Part shown: piece by piece, positions 1-9,768 of the stretch
Numbering within the stretch: the stretch's first letter is position 1
How the letters are laid out: each line of letters starts with the position of its first letter
The notes under the pieces: generated by a model
What the model saw: only the letters and a program-made list of their open reading frames with translations
Database searches by the model: none
What the model was told of the DNA's origin: nothing
Made by a program: the position numbers and the translations under genes
From: an uncultured Actinomycetota bacterium
GTDB lineage: Bacteria > Actinomycetota > Actinomycetes > Streptosporangiales > Streptosporangiaceae
NCBI GenBank assembly: GCA_963737285.1
Contig: CAVTRT010000001.1
Coordinates: forward strand, 290,578 to 354,577
Direction of reading: 5' to 3'
Length of the DNA stretch: 64,000 bases

Positions 1-1
1 G

Positions 2-1464
2 GTGCTCGTGCCCTGCGGCCACACCCTGGCCAGCGTGTGCCCGTCATGCGCCGAGCGGGCCAGGAACCTGCGGGCCGCGCAGTGCCGGGAAGGCTGGCAC
101 CTGGACCGTGAGCCGGTCATCGAGCCGGACGACCCGACCGACGATCAGCTGTGGTGGATCGAGCATCGCGCCGACGCCCAGGTGATGCGCGACGACGCCG
201 ACCGCAACGGCGGCGACACGGCGGACTTTGATGAGCTGGTCGCCGAACTGGACGAGGAGATAGCTAACGCGAGCATGCGGGGCAACGTGCTGCCTGCCCG
301 GCCGGAGCGGCGGCACCGGTCGACGAGGCGGCGGCAAGATGCCCCCCGCTGCCCAAGCGCAAGCCTGACCCGCGCACCATCGGCAAGACCTACACCACCC
401 CGGACGGCAAGGTCTTCCGGCCCTCGATGTTCATCACGCTCACCTGCCCGTCATACGGGCGCGTCACCAGCGAGGGAACCCCGGTCGATCCCGGCGCGTA
501 CAACTACACCGGCGCCGCCCGCGATGCGCTGCACTTCGCCGCGCTATTCGATCGGTTCATCCAGAACCTGCGCCGGTTCGTCGGCTACGACATCCAGTAC
601 TTCGCCGCTGTCGAGCCGCAACGACGGCTAGCCCCACACGTCCACATCGCAATCCGCGGTACCGTCTCGCGCGCCGAACTCCGCGAAGTCATCGCGGCCA
701 CCTACCACCAGGTGTGGTGGCCATCGACCGACGAAGTGAAGTACGACGGCGGCCACCTGCCGGTCTGGGACGACCATGCGGGCACGTACCTCGATCCCGC
801 AACCGGCGAGGTCCTGCCGACGTGGGATGACGCGCTCGACGCTATCGGCGACGAGGACGAGCCGCTGCACGTCGCTAAGTTCGGTGACCGGTTCGACGCC
901 CAGGGCGTGCTCGCGGGGGGCAAGGACGCGAGCCGTTGCATCGGCTACCTGACCAAGTACCTCACCAAGAGCGTCGCCGACTGCCACACGGTAGAGACTG
1001 ACGCCCAGGTGCTCCACGCCGACCGGCTCGCCGACGCGCTCCGCTTCGAGCCGTGCTCGCCGACGTGCACGAACTGGCTTCGCTACGGCATCCAGCCCAA
1101 GAACGCCAAGCCGAACATGATCCCCGGACGGTGCAAGGGCAAGGCCCACCGCCGCGAGCACCTCGGCTACGCCGGCCGACGAGTCCTCACGTCGCGCAAG
1201 TGGTCAGGCAAGACCCTCGCCGACCACCGCGCCGACCGCAAGGCATGGCTCACCCAGACACTCGGACTTCCGGCAACCGACCCCGCCCGCTACGCCTGGG
1301 AAGCCGTCGCACCCGGCGACCCCGACCACATGAGCGGGCCGCGAAGGCTCCTGCACGTGGTCGCCGACCGCATCCGCTGGCGGCAAGCCCTTGACGAGGC
1401 CCGAAGACGAGCGGAAGGCCAACCCCCCGGCAGCGAAGTTCCGGCAACCGGGCGGGCCGCGTGA
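2..1464 (+). CDS. RepSA-like replication initiator, 5'-truncated by window edge, with a frameshift in the C6 run at ~342-347
   Basis: ORF 2..631 gives VPCGHTLASVCPSCAE...RSTRRRQDAP; adding one C continues PLPKRK...TIGKTYTTPDGKVFRPS into ORF 427..1464 (FITLTCPSYG, EPQRRLAPHVHIA HUH motif, YLTKYLTK, LGYAGRRVLTSRKWSGKT). Confidence 0.85.
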
Positions 1465-1703
1465 GCAAGACAGCCCACCCGGCGACGGCCGAACAGCTCC
1501 TATCTGTAGAGGCTGCGGCCGAACGGCTCGACACCAAGCCCCGGTTCATCCGCCGACTGATCGCCGAACGGCGCATCGAGTTCGTGCGGGTCGGCCGACA
1601 CGTCCGGATCAGCGAATCGGCGCTGGCCGACTACATCGAGGCGGGCAAGGTCCCGCCACTAACCGCCGCGACCCTGCGGCCCAAGTTGAAGGGGGCGGCC
1701 TGA
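1461..1703 (+). CDS. xis: Excisionase / recombination directionality factor (HTH_17-like)
   Basis: 80 aa, LLSVEAAAERLDTKPRFIRRLIAERRIEFVRVGRHVRI; lies between rep and int, GTGA and TGATG overlaps. Confidence 0.85.
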   Translation: MSKTAHPATAEQLLSVEAAAERLDTKPRFIRRLIAERRIEFVRVGRHVRISESALADYIEAGKVPPLTAATLRPKLKGAA

Positions 1704-3040
1704 TGGCCAACACCGACAAGCATCGTCGTTTCGGCAACGTCCGCAAGCTGCCTTCCGGCCGGTTCCAGATCCGCTATCCGGGACCGGACGGACGGATGCG
1801 ACCCGGCCCAGAAACCTACGAGCGCAAGGGCGACGCTGAGAAAGCGCTCGTGATCACAGAGGCTCAAATGGCATCGGGCGAGTGGACCGACCCGGAACGC
1901 GGGAAGATCAAGCTCGCTGACTACGCCGAAACCTGGATCACGCAGCGTCCGGGACTCCGTCCACGCACCATTGACCTGTACCGCTGGCTACTCAAGAAGC
2001 ACATCGCCCCGTACCTCGGCGGTGTGCCAGTCGGCAAGATGTCCGCGCGGCTCGTGCGGGAATGGCGCGCAACTCTTCTCAGCAACGGCGTATCAGTCTC
2101 CGTGGCCGCGAAGGCGTACCGACTGCTGCGCGCCATCATGACGACGGCGGTCGATGACGACGGCATGCTTCTCCGCAACCCGTGCCGGATCAAGGGCGGT
2201 GGCGACGAGCACGCCGAGGAGCGACCAGTTCTGACCGTCAAGCAAGTCTTCGACCTCGCCGAGCGAGTCGGGCGGCGGCCGGTCGGCAACATGCGCAAAA
2301 CCCCGGACGGCTACCGGCTCCGCTTCCGTAGGAACGGCGAGTTCCGCACGTCGCCGGAGCGGTTCGCCACCAGGCAGCAGGCCGAGCGGGCACTGTGGAA
2401 GATGGCCGACGACAACCGGGCCGACTGCATCCATGACCGGAGGTTCTACGCCCTGGTGCTCCTGGTCACCTTCGCTAGCCTTCGCTGGGGAGAGGCAACC
2501 GCGCTCACGCGCTCCGATCTCGACCTGAGAGCGGGCACCGTCCGGATTCGGGCGGCCTACGTCGAGCGCTCTACCGGCGAGATGCTTCTTGGTCGGCCCA
2601 AGTCAGAAGCTGGTCGGCGGGTCGTCGGCATCCCGGCCGCCATCATCCCCGACCTGACACAGCACCTGGCGATCTACGTCAAGGACGAACCGGGCGCGCT
2701 CGTCTTTCCTGGCGTCAAGGGCGGTCCTATCCGGCGGGGCAACTTCAGCCGGCTGTCGGGCTGGCCGCACGCGGTCGAGGCGATCGGCATGCCGGGCCTA
2801 CACGTCCATGACCTTCGCCACACGGGCAACCAGTTCGCGGCCGAGAGCAAGGCCGGACTCAAGGACCTGATGGCGCGCATGGGCCATGATTCCGAACGGG
2901 CCGCAATGATCTACCAGCACAAGGCGCGCGGCGCGGACAAGGCCATAACCGACGCCATCGACGCTCACGTCAGGCACCAACAGGACCAGGGCGACGAGGA
3001 CGACGGCGGCGCGGCCGGGGCGCTGGTCCCCGCTGGCTGA
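1703..3040 (+). CDS. int: Tyrosine recombinase / site-specific integrase
   Basis: ATG at 1703 overlaps xis stop; catalytic motifs SLRWGE (R), PKSEAG (K), HDLRH, MGH, MIYQH (Y). Confidence 0.93.
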   Translation: MANTDKHRRFGNVRKLPSGRFQIRYPGPDGRMRPGPETYERKGDAEKALVITEAQMASGEWTDPERGKIKLADYAETWITQRPGLRPRTIDLYRWLLKKHIAPYLGGVPVGKMSARLVREWRATLLSNGVSVSVAAKAYRLLRAIMTTAVDDDGMLLRNPCRIKGGGDEHAEERPVLTVKQVFDLAERVGRRPVGNMRKTPDGYRLRFRRNGEFRTSPERFATRQQAERALWKMADDNRADCIHDRRFYALVLLVTFASLRWGEATALTRSDLDLRAGTVRIRAAYVERSTGEMLLGRPKSEAGRRVVGIPAAIIPDLTQHLAIYVKDEPGALVFPGVKGGPIRRGNFSRLSGWPHAVEAIGMPGLHVHDLRHTGNQFAAESKAGLKDLMARMGHDSERAAMIYQHKARGADKAITDAIDAHVRHQQDQGDEDDGGAAGALVPAG

Positions 3041-3171
3041 CAGCCAACAACTAACGGGCGCAGGTCCGTGGGACCGCATCACGAGCCTGCGTCATCCATG
3101 TGCAGACGCGGCCGATCATGTCTCAATCCACGGATTCTGTGATCTCGTATAGGACACCGCAGTTTGGAGGG

Positions 3172-3807
3172 ATGACGATGATTTTGGACAAGGATTTTGT
3201 GCGCTACTGGAGCGAGCGCTACGTGGCGGACGAGCTTGGGGCGCTGGAACGCGAGCTACTCGGGGCCACGCATGAGGCGGTTGCGGCGCGCACGTACCTG
3301 ACGGGCGCCGAGCTAGTGGAGATCGTTAGGTGGAAGTCGACCAGGGCACTCGGCCACTTGACGTGGCGGGATGACAAGACCGTCGGGGATGTGACTCGCG
3401 TGGCGTTCTCCTCAGAGACGCCGTGCTGGATGAGGCATCACGTCCTAGACATCCTCCCTGGCGTTGATCACCCCGTCGCCGGGGCCATCCTCACCGTATG
3501 GGACGCCGAGAAGTACACGATGTACGACCGCCGGGCAGTCGAAGCTCTCGAAGAACTTCGAAGGCTCGGCGAGCTTGAACCTGATGAGTCGCCAGGGCGG
3601 TACTGGGCGCACGTCCGAACGAGCCGAAAGATCGCCGAGAGGCTCGGGGTTGGGCTTCGCGAACTGGATCGTGCGCTCTGGAAGTGGCACAAGGAGGAGG
3701 GTGGGAACTGGCCGCCCTCTGCTCCCTGGATCGGCGAGGACGGGCCTGTAGGCCGCGACCAGGGCGACACCGGGGTCAGCGTCATGCCTACCAGCCCGAT
3801 GGGCTGA
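3172..3807 (+). CDS. Helix-hairpin-helix (HhH-GPD-like) protein, putative DNA glycosylase-like cargo
   Basis: GGAGG RBS at ~3166 before ATG; motifs IVRWKSTR, LPGVDHPVAGAILT..YTMYDRRA, RELDRALW resemble HhH superfamily proteins; exact start (3172 vs 3178) uncertain. Confidence 0.55.
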   Translation: MTMILDKDFVRYWSERYVADELGALERELLGATHEAVAARTYLTGAELVEIVRWKSTRALGHLTWRDDKTVGDVTRVAFSSETPCWMRHHVLDILPGVDHPVAGAILTVWDAEKYTMYDRRAVEALEELRRLGELEPDESPGRYWAHVRTSRKIAERLGVGLRELDRALWKWHKEEGGNWPPSAPWIGEDGPVGRDQGDTGVSVMPTSPMG

Positions 3808-3814
3808 CGTTAGC

Positions 3815-3835
3815 TAATGGCACGTTAATGGCACG
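3815..3835 (+). repeat. Direct repeat TAATGGCACG x2, candidate integrase arm-type binding sites
   Basis: TAATGGCACG at 3815-3824 and 3826-3835 (11-bp period), ~75 bp from the tRNA 3' end. Confidence 0.6.
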
Positions 3836-3863
3836 ACCACCCGTCGATGCCCCTCAATCGAAC

Positions 3864-3902
3864 AAGGCCCAACGTTCGGAAAAACTTCCGGACCTGGGCC
3901 TT
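3864..3902 (-). terminator. Hairpin downstream of tRNA-Gly
   Basis: AAGGCCCA...TGGGCCTT inverted repeat with inner CGGAA/TTCCG pairing. Confidence 0.5.
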
Positions 3903-3908
3903 CGTGGT

Positions 3909-3982
3909 TGGAGCGGGTGACGGGAATCGAACCCGCACTGTCAGCTTGGGAAGCTGATGTTCTGCCATTGAACTACACCCGC
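3909..3982 (-). tRNA. tRNA-Gly (anticodon CCC)
   Basis: Reverse complement GCGGGTGTAGTTCAATGGCAGAACATCAGCTTCCCAAGCTGACAGTGCGGGTTCGATTCCCGTCACCCGCTCCA: cloverleaf, TTCGA T-loop, encoded CCA. Confidence 0.97.
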
Positions 3983-4066
3983 AGGACAGCCACCACAGAC
4001 TACCGCTAACTCCCGCTGTTGTCGTGGCGCTCGCAGACATCGTACCGGACAAGGTAGGTTGCTCGG

Positions 4067-4642
4067 GTGCTGCTCTCTGATCGTGACATCAAGACCGAGA
4101 TCGAGTCTGGGCGGGTGAAGCTTGACCCGTACGCGCCGGAGCTGATCCAGCCGTCCAGCGTCGACGTGCGGCTGGACCGGTACTTCCGGGTCTTCGAGAA
4201 CCACCGGTACCCGCACATCGACCCCTCCGTCGAGCAGCCTGACCTGACGCGCCTTGTGGAACCTGACGGCGATGACGCCTTCGTCTTGCACCCAGGCGAG
4301 TTCGTTCTAGCATCTACTTTCGAAATCATAAGCTTGCCTGGTGATATAGCTGGCAGGCTAGAGGGAAAAAGCTCGCTCGGAAGGCTCGGACTGCTGACGC
4401 ACTCGACGGCCGGGTGGATCGACCCCGGGTTTTCCGGGCACGTGACCCTGGAGCTGTCCAATGTCGCGACACTGCCGATCAAGCTCTGGCCGGGCATGAA
4501 GATCGGGCAGCTGTGCCTCTTCCGGACGAGCTCTCCCGCCGAGCACCCGTACGGCTCCGCGGTGTACGGCTCCCGGTACCAGGGCCAGCGCGGCCCCACC
4601 CCGTCCCGCTCGTACGTGAACTTCTACCGGACCAAGGTGTGA
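4067..4642 (+). CDS. dcd: dCTP deaminase
   Basis: [45 protein letters not shown] motifs. Confidence 0.95.
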   Translation: MLLSDRDIKTEIESGRVKLDPYAPELIQPSSVDVRLDRYFRVFENHRYPHIDPSVEQPDLTRLVEPDGDDAFVLHPGEFVLASTFEIISLPGDIAGRLEGKSSLGRLGLLTHSTAGWIDPGFSGHVTLELSNVATLPIKLWPGMKIGQLCLFRTSSPAEHPYGSAVYGSRYQGQRGPTPSRSYVNFYRTKV

Positions 4643-4643
4643 C

Positions 4644-4868
4644 CTAACGAGGTGTCGAGGACACGCGCCGGATGGCGGTCGTGAACGCGTGCCATGCCTG
4701 GTTGCTCCATTGCAGCGTCAGGCTGGCCGGATCCGCTGAATCCCGGACAAGAACTGAATCAGCCCCAGGACCGACCTGCACACACGCACCCGTGGGAATG
4801 CTGAAACTCGACTTGCGCCAAGCGATGGTCGCCGCCTGCGTGTCCGCAGCCATTGACATGTAGATCAC
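4644..4868 (-). CDS. DUF397 family protein
   Basis: WRKSSFS...GACVQV...VLVRDS...W.AF signature. Confidence 0.85.
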   Translation of the reverse strand: MIYMSMAADTQAATIAWRKSSFSIPTGACVQVGPGADSVLVRDSADPASLTLQWSNQAWHAFTTAIRRVSSTPR

Positions 4869-5043
4869 ACCCTGTTACGAAACGAGAGAATCCTCAGTGT
4901 AACAGGGACATATCGGCGCGCGGAAGACTCACGACACGGCGCAGTAACTAGAACGGACGCTGCCTGCCGCCCTATGAACTACTCCCCCAAGGGCCTCACA
5001 GGGCACATGGCAGCGCCCTTACATCACAACACTCCGTGGCAAC

Positions 5044-5265
5044 TCAGGACGCGGCGGTCGCGTCGAAACCACCGAGTTTCGCTGCGTCGATGAACGACCG
5101 CCAGGCACTGGCCGAGTACCGCACCTCCGGCCCTTCCCGGTCTTTGGAGTCGCGCATCGCGACGGCCTTGTGGCCGTTGGCCACCTCCACGCACGCGCCG
5201 TGGTTCAGGCTGCGCTTTGCCTTGCGCCAGTTAAGATCTTCGCGCCCATCCGCCGGCAATGGCAT
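5044..5265 (-). CDS. DUF397 family protein
   Basis: WRKAKRS..GACVEVA...MRDSKD..GP.V.Y...W.SF signature. Confidence 0.9.
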   Translation of the reverse strand: MPLPADGREDLNWRKAKRSLNHGACVEVANGHKAVAMRDSKDREGPEVRYSASAWRSFIDAAKLGGFDATAAS

Positions 5266-5885
5266 AACAGTAACCCCTTCACAAAACCAGCCCGACGGCA
5301 GGCACAGCAGTCGCCGGACGGGATAACCTAATGTCAGTTATCTTCCGGTAACGTGCTTTAACACCACGGAAGCATCAGACGGGCCGTGACGCGTTGTTGT
5401 GGCACGCGGCAACGCCAGATATCAGATCGATTGATTCTCATGAAGCCAATTCGATGCTGTACAGGTGTTCAAGCCTGCTTTGTACCTGGTGGCCTCGCAC
5501 TTGAGGCACAGGCAGCCTATCAAGGCATCAACCTACACCACCGGTGCCGCTTCCATAGTGCCGGTCGGCACACCTGTGAGGTTTAATCACCCAGCATGAG
5601 AGCCGACAACGCTGCGCCACCAAAGGCAGGGAACATCCGCCAACAGGCCACAATTCCGCACAGTTCGGCCGACGTCCCGGGTCGCCGGGCATCCCAGGCC
5701 AGCGTAGTTGGAGCCGTGGACTCACCCGGCTAACGGCTTCAGGAAACGGGCTCCCCGGAACCTCCGCCATGCGTCGGATCGTAACTTTCTGCCGCAATGG
5801 CGAGCCATTGCTCACCATTCTCGCATCACATAGCCGTGACCTTCCGGTCGCGCATTTCCTATTGTTGCGGAATCCCGCGAATAAT

Positions 5886-6806
5886 CTACGACGCGCTATC
5901 GTACCGCGCACCCATCTCTGTAATCAGCTCGATTGTTTCTTGTGGCGGCAATGCGATGCTGCGCAGGTGTTCCAATACTTGCCTGTACCTGGCAACCTCT
6001 TGCTCACGCTCAAGGTACAGCCAGCCCATCAAGCCCTCAACGTAGACGACTGACGGTGCCGTGTCATCAAATTCGAGGATGGTGAAGATGTTGTCCATTG
6101 CCGGATGGGCACCCGCAGCAAACGGGATGACCTGCAGCGCCAGGTTTGGCATCAGGGACGCCTCGACAAGGTGCCGCAATTGGGCGCCCATTATGGCGGG
6201 GCCACCCACCACCCGATGCAGGACCGCCTCGTCAAGAACCGCGACCAGGTCCGGCGCGGGATCGCGGGTGAGCAACTGCCGCTGGCGCCTTAGCCGTACG
6301 TCGATGAGCTGGTCACGCCTCTCCGGCGTGTACTCGATGAGGTGGTCACGCCTCTGCTGGGGGTGCTCGGCAAAGTACCCCGCAGGGTGCCCGGTAGGCA
6401 GCGACCAGGCGAACATCGCCCGCGCGTAGTCCACCGTTTGCAACAGGCCGGGCATGACCGTGGTGTGGTAGTAGGACAGCCCGGTCGCTGCCTGCTCCAG
6501 GTCCACGTACGTCGCGAAGTAGTCCAGGTCGTAAGGCTGCCACCACGCCTGCTGCTTACCCTCCCTGGCTAGGTCCATCAGCCGGGTGATCTCCGCCTGG
6601 TCAGTCACGCCATAGATGCGGCACAGGTCACGCACGTCCCGCAGGGTGGCGGCGCGCTGGCCGGTCTCCATCCGGGAGACCTTGGACGGTGAGCACAGCA
6701 ACTGCTCGGCAACCTGCTCGACGGTGAACCCATGGTCGAAGCGCATGGACCGGAGCCGGACACCCAGCTCACGGCGGCGGAGGGTGGGGCTGCGCACGTC
6801 CGGCAC
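5886..6806 (-). CDS. XRE-family HTH regulator with DUF5753-type C-terminal domain
   Basis: GTG start at 6806 after AAAGGAAG; SPTLRRRELGVRLR, SKVSRMETG, PGLLQTVDYA, VLDEAVLHRVVGG, VYVEG; upstream of DUF397 genes. Confidence 0.9.
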   Translation of the reverse strand: MPDVRSPTLRRRELGVRLRSMRFDHGFTVEQVAEQLLCSPSKVSRMETGQRAATLRDVRDLCRIYGVTDQAEITRLMDLAREGKQQAWWQPYDLDYFATYVDLEQAATGLSYYHTTVMPGLLQTVDYARAMFAWSLPTGHPAGYFAEHPQQRRDHLIEYTPERRDQLIDVRLRRQRQLLTRDPAPDLVAVLDEAVLHRVVGGPAIMGAQLRHLVEASLMPNLALQVIPFAAGAHPAMDNIFTILEFDDTAPSVVYVEGLMGWLYLEREQEVARYRQVLEHLRSIALPPQETIELITEMGARYDSAS

Positions 6807-7345
6807 TGAAGGTCTCTTCCTTTCACTGCGGCATCGAAAGACCGCTTGGGGTACTACACCCGGACCCGGAAGCCGTTTGCGGGAACCAGGGCACGGTCTC
6901 GTTCGTTGGCATGGTGCTGATCCACATGCCGATGGCAGATGCATCAGGCACTTGATTTTGGCACTTGCCAATCGCATCAGCCACGGGCACCATTAAAGCG
7001 TAAGCGCACAGAGCGCTCAAAAGCGACCCGCACGACAATGGGGTCGAGCGGTGGCCTGCGGGTTGCCCCTCATCAGGATCGCGAGTCCCCAGGCTTCGCG
7101 AGAGCGAGCGATCCTGGGAGGAGGCCCTACCATTCCACTTAGCCCACTTCGGCCGCACGGGCTGCACCCCTTGCCGCTATGCACCAACGCGCGAGCGACC
7201 GGAACACCAAGGCCACAGGCCTGCCGTCGCCCAGCGGAGCGTGCCTTTCCGCGGTGCGCCCTCGCAGGCAGTCCCATCGGACTCCGCCGCATCAAGCGTA
7301 GCTCTCCATGGCCCGCTGGTAACGCAGCGGAAACGATCACTCCCT

Positions 7346-7596
7346 TGATCACCAGCACGCGAGGCGGCCCGCGCAACCCGAACGCACGGGGCTGGCGGCG
7401 GTGGAATCCCATAGCTGCCATCGGCTCATGGCTGGCGGACATCCCGTACCGGATCGGCAGTCGCTTGTGCATGTCGGGTGACGATGAGGCCTGCTGGCAT
7501 GGCTGGCAGATCACCAGGCTCCAGGGCGGCCTTGGCCGCGGCTACCGCGACGCCAGGTTCGGCCCGCCGGGCGAAGGGTCGCGACGTCCCTCTTGA
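7346..7596 (+). CDS. Small hypothetical protein (start uncertain)
   Basis: 3' part of ORF 7051..7596 is protein-like (DDEACWHGWQITRLQGGLGRGYRDARF); divergent from the XRE gene. Confidence 0.35.
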
Positions 7597-7697
7597 TCCA
7601 GCCAGCGGTCAGCCCCCAGGCACCACTGGGCTGACCGCGGCCGGGGGCCGGGCTGGCGGCCGGCACGAAGACGTGCCGGCCGCCAGCCCGCGTGCGC

Positions 7698-7733
7698 GTC
7701 ATGTGGGTCATGTGGGTCATGTGGGTCATGTGG
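7698..7733 (+). repeat. 9-bp tandem repeat (GTCATGTGG)x4
   Basis: Four exact copies upstream of the dnaK promoter. Confidence 0.9.
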
Positions 7734-7807
7734 ACCGTGCTCATCGGGTGCTGACCCGCAGGCCGGATTGTCCTCCACGAGCCGGGAATGAAGAGGCCGC
7801 CAAGAAA

Positions 7808-7880
7808 GTTGAGTGTAAGTGACTCAAGTCATTTGACACCGGGGTTCGCCTCGGGCAAGCTTGAGCCTGGACAACTCAAC
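7808..7880 (+). promoter_or_regulatory. dnaK promoter with two HAIR (HspR operator) sites flanking a TTGACA -35 box
   Basis: GTTGAGT-N7-ACTCAAG at 7808-7828, TTGACA at 7833-7838, CTTGAGC-N7-ACTCAAC at 7860-7880; HAIR consensus CTTGAGT-N7-ACTCAAG; hspR is in the operon. Confidence 0.92.
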
Positions 7881-7905
7881 TTCACACACACTACAAGGAC
7901 TGCTC

Positions 7906-9768
7906 ATGGCACGTGCGGTAGGTATTGACCTCGGGACGACCAACTCCGTTGTCGCCGTCCTCGAAGGCGGCGAGCCGACGGTCATCGCCAACGCTGAGGG
8001 CTCGCGTACGACGCCGTCTGTCGTGGCCTTCGCCAAGAACGCCGAGGTTCTCGTCGGCGAGGTGGCGAAGCGGCAGGCCGTCACCAATGTTGACCGGACG
8101 ATCCGCTCGGTCAAGCGGCACATGGGGACCGACTGGACCGTCACCATCGACGGCAAGAAGTTCACCCCGCAGCAGATCAGCGCCTTCATCTTGCAGAAGC
8201 TGAAGAGGGACGCCGAGTCCTACCTCGGGGAGAAGATCACTGACGCGGTGATCACCGTCCCGGCGTACTTCAGCGACGCCCAGCGCCAGGCCACCAAGGA
8301 GGCCGGCACGATCGCTGGCCTTAACGTGCTGCGGATCATCAACGAGCCGACGTCCGCGGCGCTGGCCTACCACCTGGAGAAGGAGGGGTCCGCCAAGATC
8401 TTGGTCTTCGACCTCGGTGGCGGCACCTTCGACGTGTCCCTCCTGGACGTCGGTGACGGCGTGGTCGAGGTGGAGGCCACCAGCGGCGACAACCACCTCG
8501 GTGGCGATGACTGGGACCAGCGGATCGTGGACTGGCTGGTGCAGGACTTCAAGAGCGGCTACGGCGTAGACCTGTCGAAGGACAAGATGGCGCTGCAGCG
8601 GCTGCGCGAGGCGGCGGAGAAGGCCAAGATCGAGCTTTCCCAGTCGATGGAGTCGCAGATCAACCTGCCCTACATCTCCCACTCCCCGGACGGCCCGCTG
8701 CACCTGGACACCCGGCTCACCCGGGCCGAGTTCCAGCGGATGACGGCCGACCTGACCGACCGCTGCAAGGCCCCGTTCCAGCAGGTCATCAAGGACGCGG
8801 GCGTCAAGGTCGCGGACATCGACCACGTCGTGCTCGTCGGCGGCTCCACCCGGATGCCAGCCGTCGTGGACCTGGTCAAGTCACTGACCGGCGGCAAGGA
8901 CCCCAACAAGGGCGTCAACCCGGACGAGGTCGTCGCCGTCGGCGCCTGCCTGCAGGCTGGCGTGCTCAAGGGCGAGGTCAAGGACATCCTGCTCCTGGAC
9001 GTGACCCCGCTGTCGCTGGGCATCGAGACCAAGGGCGGGATCTTCACCAAGCTCATCGAGCGCAACACGACGATCCCGACCAAGAAGTCGGAGATCTTCA
9101 CCACCGCTGACGACAACCAGCCGTCGGTGCAGATCCAGGTGTACCAGGGCGAGCGCGAGATCGCCGCGTACAACAAGAAGCTCGGCATGTTCGACCTGAC
9201 CGGCATCGCGCCGGCCCCGCGCGGCATCCCGCAGATCGAGGTCAGCTTCGACATCGACGCCAACGGCATCGTGAACGTGTCCGCCAAGGACCTGGGCACG
9301 GGCAAGCAGCAGTCGGTGCAGATCACCGGCGGCTCGGCGTTGGGCAAGGACGACATCGACAAGATGGTCCGTGACGCCGAGGCGTACGCAGAGGAGGACC
9401 GCAAGCGCCGCGACGAGGCCGAGGTCCGCAACACCGCGGACACGCTGGTCTACAGCACGGAGAAGTTCCTCGCCGAGAACGACGACAAGGTGCCCTCCGA
9501 CGTCAAGTCCGAGGTCCAGACCGCGATCGCCGACCTCAAGAAGGCGATCGAGGGCGGCGACATCGACACGATCAAGACCGCCAGCGAGCACGCGGCGCAG
9601 GTCAGCCAGAAGATGGGCACCGCGATCTACCAGGCTGCCCAGGCCGCCCAAGCCGCCCAGGCCGCCGAGGGCGGCGCCGACAGCGCTGGTACGCCGACGG
9701 ACTCCTCGTCCGACGACAATGTCGTGGACGCCGAGATCGTCGATGAGGGCGAAGGCGGAGCCGCCTGA
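7906..9768 (+). CDS. dnaK: Chaperone DnaK (Hsp70)
   Basis: [35 protein letters not shown]; AAGGA RBS. Confidence 0.99.
   Translation: MARAVGIDLGTTNSVVAVLEGGEPTVIANAEGSRTTPSVVAFAKNAEVLVGEVAKRQAVTNVDRTIRSVKRHMGTDWTVTIDGKKFTPQQISAFILQKLKRDAESYLGEKITDAVITVPAYFSDAQRQATKEAGTIAGLNVLRIINEPTSAALAYHLEKEGSAKILVFDLGGGTFDVSLLDVGDGVVEVEATSGDNHLGGDDWDQRIVDWLVQDFKSGYGVDLSKDKMALQRLREAAEKAKIELSQSMESQINLPYISHSPDGPLHLDTRLTRAEFQRMTADLTDRCKAPFQQVIKDAGVKVADIDHVVLVGGSTRMPAVVDLVKSLTGGKDPNKGVNPDEVVAVGACLQAGVLKGEVKDILLLDVTPLSLGIETKGGIFTKLIERNTTIPTKKSEIFTTADDNQPSVQIQVYQGEREIAAYNKKLGMFDLTGIAPAPRGIPQIEVSFDIDANGIVNVSAKDLGTGKQQSVQITGGSALGKDDIDKMVRDAEAYAEEDRKRRDEAEVRNTADTLVYSTEKFLAENDDKVPSDVKSEVQTAIADLKKAIEGGDIDTIKTASEHAAQVSQKMGTAIYQAAQAAQAAQAAEGGADSAGTPTDSSSDDNVVDAEIVDEGEGGAA

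Larger units (their letters stand above)
1..3908. mobile_element. Right-hand end of an actinomycete integrative (conjugative) element, AICE-like, integrated at the 3' end of tRNA-Gly(CCC); extends beyond the window to the left
   Basis: Co-oriented rep-xis-int module with overlapping stops/starts, lying directly downstream of the 3' end of a tRNA gene; paired direct repeats next to the tRNA. Confidence 0.85.

Noticed and set aside
1391-1702. 104-aa N-terminal extension of the integrase in the ORF track
   Set aside because: Overlaps rep and xis; ATG at 1703 coupled to the xis stop gives a normal integrase N-terminus
7698-7733. Short tandem repeats (also 16-17.7 kb and 35.2 kb) as a possible CRISPR array
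   Set aside because: No unique spacers, units only 9-33 bp and contiguous, no cas genes
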